NCBI GenBank assembly: GCA_043228905.1
Contig: JBHGNT010000004.1
Coordinates: 5,704,001-5,768,000, forward strand
Direction: 5' to 3'
Source of the DNA: Azolla caroliniana
Lineage: Eukaryota > Plantae > Polypodiophyta
DNA: 64,000 nt
In this document: positions 49,472-60,900 of the stretch, in pieces
Numbering within the stretch: position 1 is the first letter of the stretch
Layout: each line of letters starts with the position of its first letter
Notes under the pieces: model-generated
Databases searched by the model: none
Told to the model about the DNA's origin: nothing
What the model saw: the letters and a program-made list of their open reading frames with translations, nothing else
Translations under genes and position numbers: made by a program

Positions 49472-52400
49472 TCATCCAAAAGCCTGCATGAAAAACATAA
49501 GCAAAATGTCATAAAAAATGAACAAGAAAATTCAATGCCATAGAATACTGGGTGGGATAAGAACAAAACTTGCCTGTTGCAACCTCTCTCTTCCAGGTTG
49601 TCCCATTCTTGATTTGGCATATCTACAATTATGTTAAGGGTACAATACTAGGGATAAAAGAATACCCCATCTTTTTTGGAAATTTTCCAGAGAATGCCTT
49701 TTGGTTTCCAAAGCAATTACCATAATACTATTCGATCTTCAGGAATTTATTAGTAGAGAGAGGGGTATGCTAAGCAATTACCATAATACTACTCGGTCTT
49801 CAGGAATTTACTAGTAGAGAGAGGGGTATGCTAGTATTTTGTATAGCCATACAGCTAGTTTATAATAAGATCAAAAAGTTGGGAGTATTTTATTGTTTTT
49901 TTTCCTCCATCAGTGATCTCATCTATCATTGGAATGATAGTTGTTCGAATCACGTAAAACTTCCAGCAGCAATCATTCCCATAAACAAAACATGAGAGCA
50001 ATGAAAGAATGCAAAATAATATGCAAGGATACTCTATCTGTATGCCACCATGTATCGAGGATGGAAGCATAGCATTCTGTAGCTGGTTCATAGCTTGGGT
50101 AGAACACCCTGTATCCTACAAGGCCAGCCTCACAAAAAACCTTACATTAAATTTTCCATATTCAAATCTTGATTGTTATCATGATACACTCAGTGACCCC
50201 AAAGCGCATATTTGAATCAATTAACAAAATTGTAATAGCACCATTTTGCTGAATCAATAAAGAAAAGTTAAATACAGCCTAATCTTTCTTTTGAGCTTAA
50301 TGGAGCTCAATTTTCAAATGAATATTCAGAAGTACAAACTTGCCCTATTCTCAAACTCCACAAATTCTACAGTGTTCAAACGAGTTATAAAAGGAATTTT
50401 AAAATTGTCCCCACCTGAAATTCCACAAATGCTACAGGTATGCCACCTCTGCTTTGCATCTTCACCTTTCGAAGACCAGGGATCCTGAGGGAAATTAGAA
50501 AACCCATAACACAATCAGAGTATGTTTCACTATAGATATCTTGAAAACATCACTGAATATGATATATATATATACCTTGAAATAACTTGTGTGAGTTCAT
50601 CTTCTGTGCAAGTATATCCAAGGTTTGAAATGAAAAGAGTGGAGCAAGGTGTATTGCTTCCTCGTGCAGGGGGTGGAGGTATTGCTGATGCCTGGAAAAA
50701 AACTAAAATTTTCAGTTGCTCATTCAAATCAACACCATACTAGAGAATGTTTTCGATACAGTTTGACATAGATAAAAGTGCATCGAAAAGTCATGAAATC
50801 AATATAACAGATCAAAGACCCCACATATGCTACACATGCAAGTATTCCATATTCTGTTTTCTTGGTAGTAGTAATAACAACTTGTTGAATGATAATTTTT
50901 TCTAGTATGATTCATGTGAATTCAATGTTTTAAACCGCTGCCTTCATAAGCTTGACCGAAAAATTTCAACCATCATTATAATTATGCAGGGTCTACCCAT
51001 ATATTTCGTCGGTTGTTAGATGTAAGCATTGAATTGTTTCTTTACCAAGAAATGTTTCACATTACTGAAATAATGACACCCAGACAAAGAAACTAATGCA
51101 AATAAGCAAAAATAGCATTAATATCCACCTTACCAGCATTGATCCCGTGAATCCATCTAGCATTGCATATCCTCCCATTAAAGCACTGGCCACACATCAA
51201 ACCTTACTGTTGTCAATTTAGTTTATTTACAACTATTACTTATAAATTCAGCAATTGCAAGATCTAATGCACCACAAGTGTAAGAACTTATGAATCCATA
51301 GCCACAGCATATTCCATGGCATATGGACCAAACATGATGTGTTTTGACCTTTGTGAAGGTGGATAGCCATGCAGATTGTTGTAAACGGAGTGCACCCTTC
51401 CTGGCATGTGAACACAGTGTGAAACTTCGATGAGTGTGCAAGAGTGACCATATACACATAAAATGGTTTTCCTTTGTTGAATCTCAACTTTCAAGAGTTT
51501 CTTTGGGAACACGAATGCTTGAGAGAATTAGAATATTTTATGGTGCTGCTCACAAATTCACCATTATTAAGCATATAAATTTTCACATAGGTACAAGATT
51601 GCAACCTCCATCAGAATATGCCGATGAAATCTGTGCATGACCTTTGAACTTTTTATCCATGGGACCTTGACCTCTCTCATCTACATATGCAAGGAAAGTA
51701 GCCCAAAATCTTCAATGAATGTCAGAGCTCAAGTCTATAATACATAATTTTTTACAAAATTTTCACATCACACCTGAATGAGGTCTCTTCAACCTAGAAT
51801 TGGCACGTGCAAGTTCTATGTGCAAAGTGGAATCAAGTTCAGGATCAAGCTTGTGGCCCTGTTCCAAGATGAAAATGAATGCAAAGAGAACAGTTGTTTA
51901 ACAATACAGACAAAAAAAAAATCTTCTTTGAATTGTGATAGCAATTTGAAATTTTAATATAGCCTCACATTCAATGCATCTTTTGCTGCTAAGGCGTTCA
52001 CTTGACTAGAGAATACAGCAAATGCCACAATCTGAAAGAAGAAATCAAATTAGAGGAGATGTGACGATCATAGGAGCTCAATTGGGTGTAAAAAATGTAA
52101 CACAAAACTATCTTAACTGTGTGTTTAATTCTAATAATAGACAACTATCTTAATTGTGGGAAATTCCCTGAGGGCATATAGAAAATAAAGATAGTAACAA
52201 AAATCATCTATCTTTCCTAAAAACAACTCTGTCAGTTCTTCAACTCAGGCTGAAAAAAAGAAATAACTTATTCCATCATCATCAACTAACTCTTAGAAGC
52301 TAAACCATTCTCCTTATGTTGACAGGTCAAGCATGCAAAAATAAGGTTCTTGTGGAAGAAGTTCGTATGGAGAAGCATAAAGAATTATGAAAACACTAAA

Positions 52401-52852
52401 TTCTGAGATTCCCTATTACATCTATCATTCAATCATAAATGTTTATAAATGATAATAAAAAATATATAATAAACACCAACTTTCACATTTCTTATGTATG
52501 ATTTCAGGGTTTCGAGTTTCCATGGTCAAAGTCGTGGTCCTGGTGTTATCGTGGCATGGAAATGGTATAATTCAGCACAAACATACCATACCTCGTCTGA
52601 AAGCTTAAAGACAAACAAAACTGAATGAAATGATGTAAACTATCAAGCAGATCATGGCTGGGGTGCAGAGGAAGACGTAGTATAAATGTGTACCTGGTGG
52701 CCTCTGCCACTATACTTGAGCTGAGAGGACTCATAGCCTTGGTGAGATCGGAAGAGATTGTAGATTTCTCTCTCTTTGATGTCGTTGGGGAGGCCAGAGA
52801 TGAAGAGGGTCTTCACCTCCTCTGCAGAAGGAGACACCTCGCCCTCTGCCAT
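49472..52852 (-). CDS. Two-RRM RNA-binding protein, RBPMS/couch potato/MEC-8/Scw1-like family (~279-289 aa)
   Basis: Exons 52852-52694, 52031-51969, 51858-51774, 51680-51606, 51424-51349, 51185-51134, 50691-50576, 50484-50415, 50115-50033, 49622-49574, then either 49483-49472 via a GC-AG intron or read-through to a stop at 49532. Motifs [65 protein letters not shown]. The linker exons are less certain. Confidence 0.9.
49623..50032 (-). other. U12-type (minor spliceosome) GT-AG intron
   Basis: 5' splice site GTATCCTTG; branch point CCTTAAC ending 10 nt before the 3' end; splicing restores the conserved IE/YAKSRMG. Confidence 0.9.
49711..49833. repeat. 61-bp tandem duplication within the U12 intron
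   Basis: AAGCAATTACCATAATACTA...GAGAGAGGGGTATGCTA occurs twice. Confidence 0.88.
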
Positions 52853-54934
52853 GTATGCATATGGCACATATGTATGAATACATATATATACTTATATATA
52901 CATACTGTATACATAATACATATGTGTGTGTATGCGTATACATACATGCATATACGGATGGATGGATGCACATGCATTCGTATATGCATATCAAATTTCA
53001 ATATACAGAGATCTATCGTGTATGAATGTATACGTATACGTATATGTATATCGATTTATACGTTTATGTACATATGAGACTATGGACATTGGAGCTTCTA
53101 TCAATTCTGGTGGCATGCCGAACTCGAAGCTATGAAGGGCAAGCTATTGTTTGAACCTGCAAAGCAACCGAATAAACTCGTAGCCTTCTATCGGAATTGG
53201 AAACATCTAATGACAATGTGTTGGACAAAGAAACTATAGCCTAATCCAAGTGTCCAATGGCGAGACAATCTTGGATCCATACCTAGTACGTGGACAAAGA
53301 CGTAGAGGCAATAGTCGCGGGTTAGATTGTCCCGACTCCCAAGTATACATACACATGTGTTGAAGACGAAAGGGAGAACAAACCAATAAACAAAGACAAT
53401 GAATAGAGAGACAATGGAACTATCTTTGTTTATTCGAATGCAAATATAGGGTTGGAAAAACCAACCCCTTGTCTTTGGACTAGAATGGAGACAGGGTTAG
53501 TAACAAAAATTAACCAAGCAAACTAAGGACATTCGTATGAGCAATAAATCATGTAACACTTGTCATAACACACAAATCATGTGATGTATTGTCTTGTGAC
53601 ATTCATGTATGATCATATATCAACTACATATGTAGCGGTTATTTCATATCCTTTATTTACGAGAGAAGAAGAAAGTGATGAAGACAGTCACGCAACCTAT
53701 CACCGCCTTGCCTTTTGCCGCCTAGCTTGCCGCCACAACCGGATCATCCCCTATTAGGCATGGGTCGATTGTTGGCCACATGTTTGTTGGTTGTTTAGCC
53801 TCTGTTGTTGCACCTATCACATTTGCCGCGAGCAAATCGATGGCCCCCAGTAGTCTACCTACTAATATCAAGACATCATTTGTGCCCAATCCCTCTGAAT
53901 CTTCCATTGCTTCAACCTTCATCGCCACATCCGCAAAACAGGAGCAATTGCCCCCAGAAGATAGATCAACACTCTACTCACTTCAATGCATCATTTCTAA
54001 AGTTGGTGGTAGGACAACCACCCTTAAAAATAGTTGACAATCAACAAATTTTGGTCACGTTTGCTAATTTTGATTCTTCTGATAAGCTTAAAGGAAAAGT
54101 TGCCTCTAATCTACAAGTTTATTCGGATAAGTCCAAAGGACAATCAATGGATATTGAAATGAACCAAGATGTAGATAAGCACATTCATGTTGGATTTCAA
54201 TTTACAATTACACATGACCCTTTGACAATCCAAAATTCTGAAAAGTTGGTCAAGGAACATAGGCTGCATAAGTATGCATGGAAGGATTTGCTTTTGAAAA
54301 GACAATTGAGAGCTCCGGAGGGTGCCAAGAAAGAACGTCAAGGTGCTCTTCTTGAGAAAAAGACATCTCTAAACCCTATGTAATATGGATGCCCTACATT
54401 TTCTTTCTTGGAATGTGCAAGGTTTTGGTGGTCAGGCTTTCCGCATATTTATAGGACTCATACATTCAGATTTAGGTACTTCTAATATTGGTACCATTGA
54501 TATTCTCTTTCTGCAAGAGCATCACAAGTGCAGGGATAGGATTCAGAAGTATGGCTCCATTTTACCAGGATAGTGGACTCATTTTTGGGTTCCTGCCTTT
54601 GGTCCAAATGGCCACCAGGCCGTATTATGTATTGCTCTTAAACAACACTTGCAATCTATTATCTTGCCAGCATGTACTATTATGAATAAACGGTCACAAT
54701 TTCTTATTGTAAAAGTATGGTCTCCAGGTTGGGAAGCTAAGTGTTGGAACTCATTTTGTTTCACCTTTGATCTGTTTGATTTATGGAAGGTGCATTCTTT
54801 CTCACATATACAAGGATCCCTACAGTTTTCTAGATCAGATGGGAGTGTGGCTAGTGCTACTTTGTCTCAGCTGGATAGATTTTATGCCAACAATTTTTTT
54901 TGGGATGCGAGCGGATTCCTTGGCATTATTCCGG

Positions 54935-55995
54935 TGTCGTGAAGATCCGTTACTACGCACGGATCGTGAGGCGGAACCGCCAGGGTTCTGGACCGGAATG
55001 ATTCAAAGTCGATACAAGCTTTGACGAGAAAGTACTTAAGATAGATTGGGAAAGAGAGAAGTTGAGATTAAACAATTGAGAAAGATTGATTGAAGTTTTA
55101 TCTTTGGATCTAAGAAACAAGTTACACCATCAATTTGATAACGAATTTCTTCTTCTTAATTTTCATAAAAAAAACCGTGTCTTTTCTCCTCCCCCTTCCT
55201 TCTTTTATAGATGCTCTCATGCATATGATGCATGTGAGGGTACAAGACATGCATAAATTGCATGTTTACCATTTGGCGCTTATGTATTACATGTGGTGCA
55301 TGATAACCATGTCACTCATTTTAGCTCTCATGTATGAGAATTTATATGTAAAAGTACAATGATAGAAATATAATTTCAACTAAATAGCATGGCTTAATGG
55401 TAAGCCAATTGATTTCTAACTTGGAGGTGCAAGGTTTGAATCCTTCCTTGCCCTCCTTGTATATGTATATATGTATATATATTTATATATTTATTTATCT
55501 AGTCACTGGACGCCGGTTCGTCGGTTACCGGTGCGTTGTCGGATGCTGTCGCCGAATACCGGTGCCTCGCCGGATGCCGCCGCCGGATCACCGACTCCAT
55601 CGTCGGTCCGGTTTTGGTTGGCCAAAACCCTTTACGAGAAGCTAGCCCACCTCCACTCTTAGTTCAAGTTACCTTGAACTCTCTATGCTCCACACATAGA
55701 CACAAAGATAATATCTTTTGCTCCACCTTATATATGATGAGAGCCGTATTTGTCGTGCCTATGTGGGATATCTCACAATTTTCTCTTTTCCTTTCACAAA
55801 CTTTATACCCTCATATCTTGACATTTAGTTGTCCGTTTCTCGTGTAATAAAGTGCATTCGAAACCTCCATCATTTTGTACTTAGATATTAAATTTATTTA
55901 AAATGTTATCTTCACAATTATTGTATTATGTGATTCATACTCGATTTCGTACGTTTTATGGGATTTTCACAGTATTGCCGAAAATCTTCACGACA
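54935..55995 (-). mobile_element. Solo LTR (Gypsy-like termini), 1061 bp, inserted in the LINE endonuclease
   Basis: 12-bp terminal inverted repeat TGTCGTGAAGAT / ATCTTCACGACA; 4-bp TSD CCGG; removing it restores the LINE reading GIIPGSTISDH; minus-strand TATAAAAG at 55209-55202 followed by a CT-rich U5-like tract. Confidence 0.88.
55385..55452 (+). promoter_or_regulatory. tRNA-derived Pol III internal promoter (A and B box) inside solo LTR
   Basis: A box TGGCTTAATGG 55390-55400; B box GGTTTGAATCC 55433-55443 (43-nt spacing); D stem GGCTT/AAGCC and T stem AAGG/CCTT pair; acceptor and anticodon stems do not. Confidence 0.7.
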
Positions 55996-57385
55996 CCGGG
56001 ATCAACGATATCTGACCATGACTCGCTGAAGTTAAATGTTACATTTAATAAGAAACAATACTCTAAGCAATGACGTATTCCTCCTTCCTTGCTATTTGAT
56101 GATAGCCATCGGATGTCAATTGTTCAGGAAACGGTCTAATGGATCATATACATCATATGACGCTGAGATGCGAGGTATAGTCTTAGATTACTATCATGAG
56201 TTCTTGTCTGCTACAACTTTTACAACAGATAGTAGTTATAAGAAATAAGATATACTTGCAACTGTTCAGCAGAAGATTAAAAATGAAATGGCATCTCATT
56301 TACTACAACCATTTATGTTTCAAGAGGTTTTATTTGCAACTAAATCCTTGGGTAAGGATGTTTGTCCAAGAAAAGACAGAATATGAGTTGGCTTCTACTT
56401 ACTTTATTGGGATTTTCTTGGCCCTATCCTCACTAGAGTGACTAATCTAATATTTTCAATGGGAACTATGCCGGTGAAATGGACAGAAGAAATAATATAA
56501 ATGATTCGTAAGTTGGATGCTCAACGTGATGAAGTCTCTGAATGGCATCCAATAACATTGCTCAATGATGTTTCTAAGGTTGTGGCAAAAACAATTGCCA
56601 TTAGATTACGATCTATGTTGCCATCTATTATTCATGATACGCAGTCTGGTTTTATACGAGACAGAAGCATTTTTTATAATATCTTTTAGTTCTGGGAAAT
56701 GGTTGCATTAGCTCAAGAAAATAAACAGCAGATGGTAGTATTATTACTGGACTTTGAAAAAGTCTATGACAAAGTAGACTGAGATTTTCTTGAGGCAGTG
56801 TTGCCAAGATTAGGTTTTCCTAATGCATGGATAACTGGTGTTTCTGCCCTATTTAGGCAGGCCTCTAGCTTAGTTTTGTTCGCTGGAGGTTATGGGTCAA
56901 TATTTCCAATTTCCAGGTCGGTTAGGCAAGGATGTCCTCTTGCTCCTTTTCTTTTTATCTTGTTCGGGGAAGCTCTATCCTCATACCTAAGATATTCTTT
57001 GGCTTGTATAAAAGGTATAACATTACCTATTGCACAATCTAATGTATTGGATGTTGAGTTTGCAGATGATACAACCCTCTATGTTGATGGGGAGATTGGT
57101 AATCTTGGGCAGGTACAGAATGCTATGAGGAATTTATCAGAAGCCACACGTGCCTCACTTAATTGGAACAAGTTGGTAGGGTTATGGGTGGGTGAAGAGC
57201 TTCGTCTCGCTTGCTATCTAGGTCCTACTTTCTAATGGCTTCACCAAGGTGAACTTGTTCGGTATTTGGGATGCCTAGTTGGTATAGATTTAAAATCAAA
57301 AGTTATGTTATCCCCACTGCTATTATCAATCAAGCATAAATTTCTATATTGGGATGCCATGACATAATCAATTTTTGTTAGTAAT

Positions 57386-57877
57386 TGTCACGACATAATG
57401 ACGTCAAATACATAGTTAGTGAGGATTGAACCTACAACCTCACATCTACAAGAATTCATGCTCAACCAATTTGATATGAGTACGCATTTGTATATAATAG
57501 TTTAGTATTCTATATTCTAGCATATAATATATTTGATAGTCAGAATATCGTAGTCGTTAGTATATTCTAGAAATATTGTACGACATATTCTAGACGAGTA
57601 TATTCTAGAGATATTTCTCAAGTATATTCTAGAGATATTCAATCTCGAAACATGTATAAATACTTGTAACCTCCTTGGTCCCTTTCAAGGGATTCAACGC
57701 CAGTCATTGACACATCAATCTAGTATTCTTGTTTCGCCCCATCTTGTCTCCTTCTTCATCATTGTCTTCATGTTCTTGTGTTGTGCCCAACTTCTTAAGT
57801 TCCTCGCCTTGTCGCTCCCAACTTCCTGAGTTTCTAGCCTCGTCACTTATAGCTCCACGGTTGGTGTGTCCGTGATA
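57386..57877 (+). mobile_element. Solo LTR (~490 bp, Gypsy-like termini) inserted in the LINE downstream of RT
   Basis: TGTCACGAC...GTCCGTGATA (decayed ACA); near-TSD GTAAT/GAAAT; repeated TATTCTAG units; TATAAATA 57655-57662 followed by a CT-rich tract. Confidence 0.72.
57414..57485 (-). promoter_or_regulatory. tRNA-derived Pol III internal promoter (degenerate A and B box) inside solo LTR
   Basis: Minus strand reads TATCAAATTGGTTGAGC...GAGGTTGTAGGTTCAATCCTCAC; A-like box starts 57476, B box GGTTCAATCC 57432-57423 (44-nt spacing). Confidence 0.6.
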
Positions 57878-60800
57878 GAAATCATAAGGGCATGGGATGG
57901 GATTAATCAACCTCTTCTTGCAAATTCTCTATTTCGAGATAATGTAGGAAAAGTGTTGGGTCTTAGAACTCACCTTGCCTGGGGTAAATTGGATAATGGG
58001 CCAGCTGCATCTGTAAGTTCAATTCCAGCAGATCGTCTTGCACATTTACAAGTTATTCATGGTGCCAAGATAATGATGATTGCCATTTTGACATCATATT
58101 CCTCATTGGCGGCGACCTTCCAACCCATACAGGAACAGTTTTGGTTTGGATGCTTCATAAATGACACATTGTTGGCTGTCAAGGGTATCTCACTTAATGG
58201 GTGCATTTCTTATTTTGAGGTTCTTGATAACAATAGATTGCAGCATCATGCCTTTGACTGCAACTATTTACAACACGGGCGAAATGCACTAGTTAGAGTT
58301 GTTGCTAAAATGGGAAAGAAGTGGTTACTTGATCCTTACCCTTCCATCGCTCATATGTGTGATATGATGTGGTTGTACACAAAAGAACATGTTGCAAGGT
58401 TGCTATGGGATTTGGGGGGTTGGTTCTGGACATATTCCTTGGGGGAACATATCATAAAGGTTCCCTTCTTTCAGTATTCAATGGAGCTTGGAAGGTCATT
58501 ACTAATCTCTACGAATGTAATGGTGCCAACAACTCAAAAACATTGGACTAATTGGGGTGTTTCAACGTTGCAATTGAAAATCTATTGGAGATGGATATGG
58601 TCTTTCAAGGGGCCCACTAAATTTATTCTTTTTAGATAGCTATTAGTGCATGCAACATTACCAATTGGCCAATCATTGAAAGGGAATGTAGCACCTAATC
58701 TCATGCAATGTGGATTTTGTTATGCAACTCAGGAGACTACTAAGCATGCCCTCTGGTCTTATCCCTTGGCTCAACAAGTATGGAATACAACTCTTTCTTT
58801 ATTCCTAACGATCAATGTTGGTTGCTTGTTCTCATGGGGAGCAGCGGTGTGGGGAATTTTACATTCTAGCTTGATGTTGTATGAGGCAGACGATATTCAA
58901 GAGGCCATGACGGTACCCAATAGAAGATTGATATCAGATAGTCCGTTTCAGCAACCTCAAAAGCAAGTGTGATCTGTCTAGGTTTGGAAAACTGTGACTA
59001 CAGTAACGTTATGGGTATTATGGAAATGTAGATGCAATCGACTTTATGGTGCAATAAAGCTTGGTCCTTGAAATGTACTACTTGAGATATGGGAAACACT
59101 ATTGACATTAGTCCGTGGGCAACATGATAATATGAACGGTTCTCTAGAAAATATTCATAAGAGAAGGATGAAGCTTCTTCACTTATGGAGGAAGTTGCCC
59201 CTCTTCTTAGTGTCAAATCAAGGACCTCAATGGAACTATCAACTTCCATGGACCCTTTCTTGAATATAAAAATATCATGCTAATGTATCGTATCAAGGTT
59301 CAACACCCATGTATAAGTTGTTTTTGTATGTACAGGTTTTGGTGTACATACATTGTCTTTTATTGTACGTTGTAAGCCTATGGGTAGATAACTTCAACTT
59401 GTAGTCTTTAGACGTTTTTTAATACTATTGAAGAAAATCTTTGAAGGAAAAAAATTAAAAAATTACATACGTAGCACAAAGGAAGTAGGTATAGCCTATC
59501 AACTATTGTAGACTTTAACTTCAAAAAAGGTTGAGTAATGCTCAACAAATGATGTTTTCACAACAATTATTACACCTTAAAGATTAGGTAATTGTGCAAT
59601 TCTCTTGCCTCAATGAAGTGAAACTTGACGAGGCCAAAACGGTGAAGATATGCCTCAACAAACTATTTTAGCATTTTTCCTCGCTTAGAACCATAAATGT
59701 CATGAGAGAAACTATAAAGAATAAGGTGCCTCTTATACTTAATTGAAAATGTGAATATTAATTAACATCGTCAACAATTGAATTAAGGCTCAAATGGAGC
59801 AACACCCTCTAGATGGCGAGTCAAGCAAGAGAGAGCATCTCTCTTCGAGTGCATTAGTGTATTAGCCAAATGAAATCATTGTGCAAACTCTAATCTTAAC
59901 CTCACTCTAACATTGAAGCATGATAAAAAAATAGAGTAGATCAATGTTTATTATTAAACCTAAATTTACACCCAACCTTTTATTACAAAAGGATAAGGTT
60001 TAAGAATTGAGACTAAATCTTGGGTTATGTGAGGAGGTCAAAGCTCGATGAGCAAGAGAAACTAAAACTTTAGTTCTAAAAGTGAAGAATGAAGAAGTAA
60101 AGAAGTTTATAATTCGACCGTTAAAGTTATTGTGCATTTAGGTGAACTACATTGATGTCTGAAGCAAAAGTGGGTTAGTATAGTCATGTTACCTAGATAA
60201 TATTGCTAGAAAAGAGTTAGTTGGGAGATATAGAGTTGGGGTAAAATGGGGTTTATTTCAGTTTTGTTGGAGTTAAGGGTCGGGTGGGTTTTTGCTATTT
60301 TTATTTGATAGTTTTGGAGTTGTTTCTCCAAGTTGTATTTGTTGATCCCATTGTGGATTTGAGTAAATTCTGTTGTATTCTATTTTCTAACTAATGCAAA
60401 GTAGTGTTTTTTTGGAGGAAAAAAAACTACATTGATGTCCTTTTTTACTCTCTATCTCTCTGTCTCTCTGTCTCTCTCATGTGCACACTTTGCCCTAAAC
60501 AAGTTTGAGAGTCTGAGTATCATACTTTGGTACAATGCTTTGCCTTTGATCATATTCCACCATGCTTTCCACACATCTTCGACCAAGCCCAATGCTTGCA
60601 CGAATTTCTCTCACAACCACATTGTGCACTCTCAATTGCAACATTCATCAGTAATGTGCTTGGACATCGAGAGTCACTACTCATTTTCACATGTATCACG
60701 TGAAATCTAATCATTTTCGTCCATAAGTCATATTTGATCTCTGAAGACGATAATAGGATCTATCTATCTATCTATCTATCTACCTTACGACCTCCATCAT

Positions 60801-60900
60801 AAACAAATCCAAACCTCTAGTTCAGGGGCATCCATTAAGATATGTATCGAGGTAGATTGACCCATCTCAGAACACTTATTAAAATCACCTAACAAAAACT

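Larger units (their letters stand above)
53660..59462 (+). mobile_element. Degraded L1-clade LINE (ORF1 remnant; ORF2 with APE endonuclease, RT, zf-RVT; A-rich tail)
   Basis: ORF2 from 54385: LSWNVQG, ILFLQEHH, LDRFY, SDH; RT: WHPITLLNDVSKVVAK, QSGFIRDRSI, LLDFEKVYDKV, SVRQGCPLAPFLF, FADDT; CGFC...ETTKHALW zinc finger ~58708-58790; many stops and internal deletions. The 5' limit is approximate. Confidence 0.93.

Noticed and set aside
55385-55452. Functional tRNA gene
   Set aside because: Acceptor and anticodon stems do not pair; treated as a tRNA-derived promoter relic.
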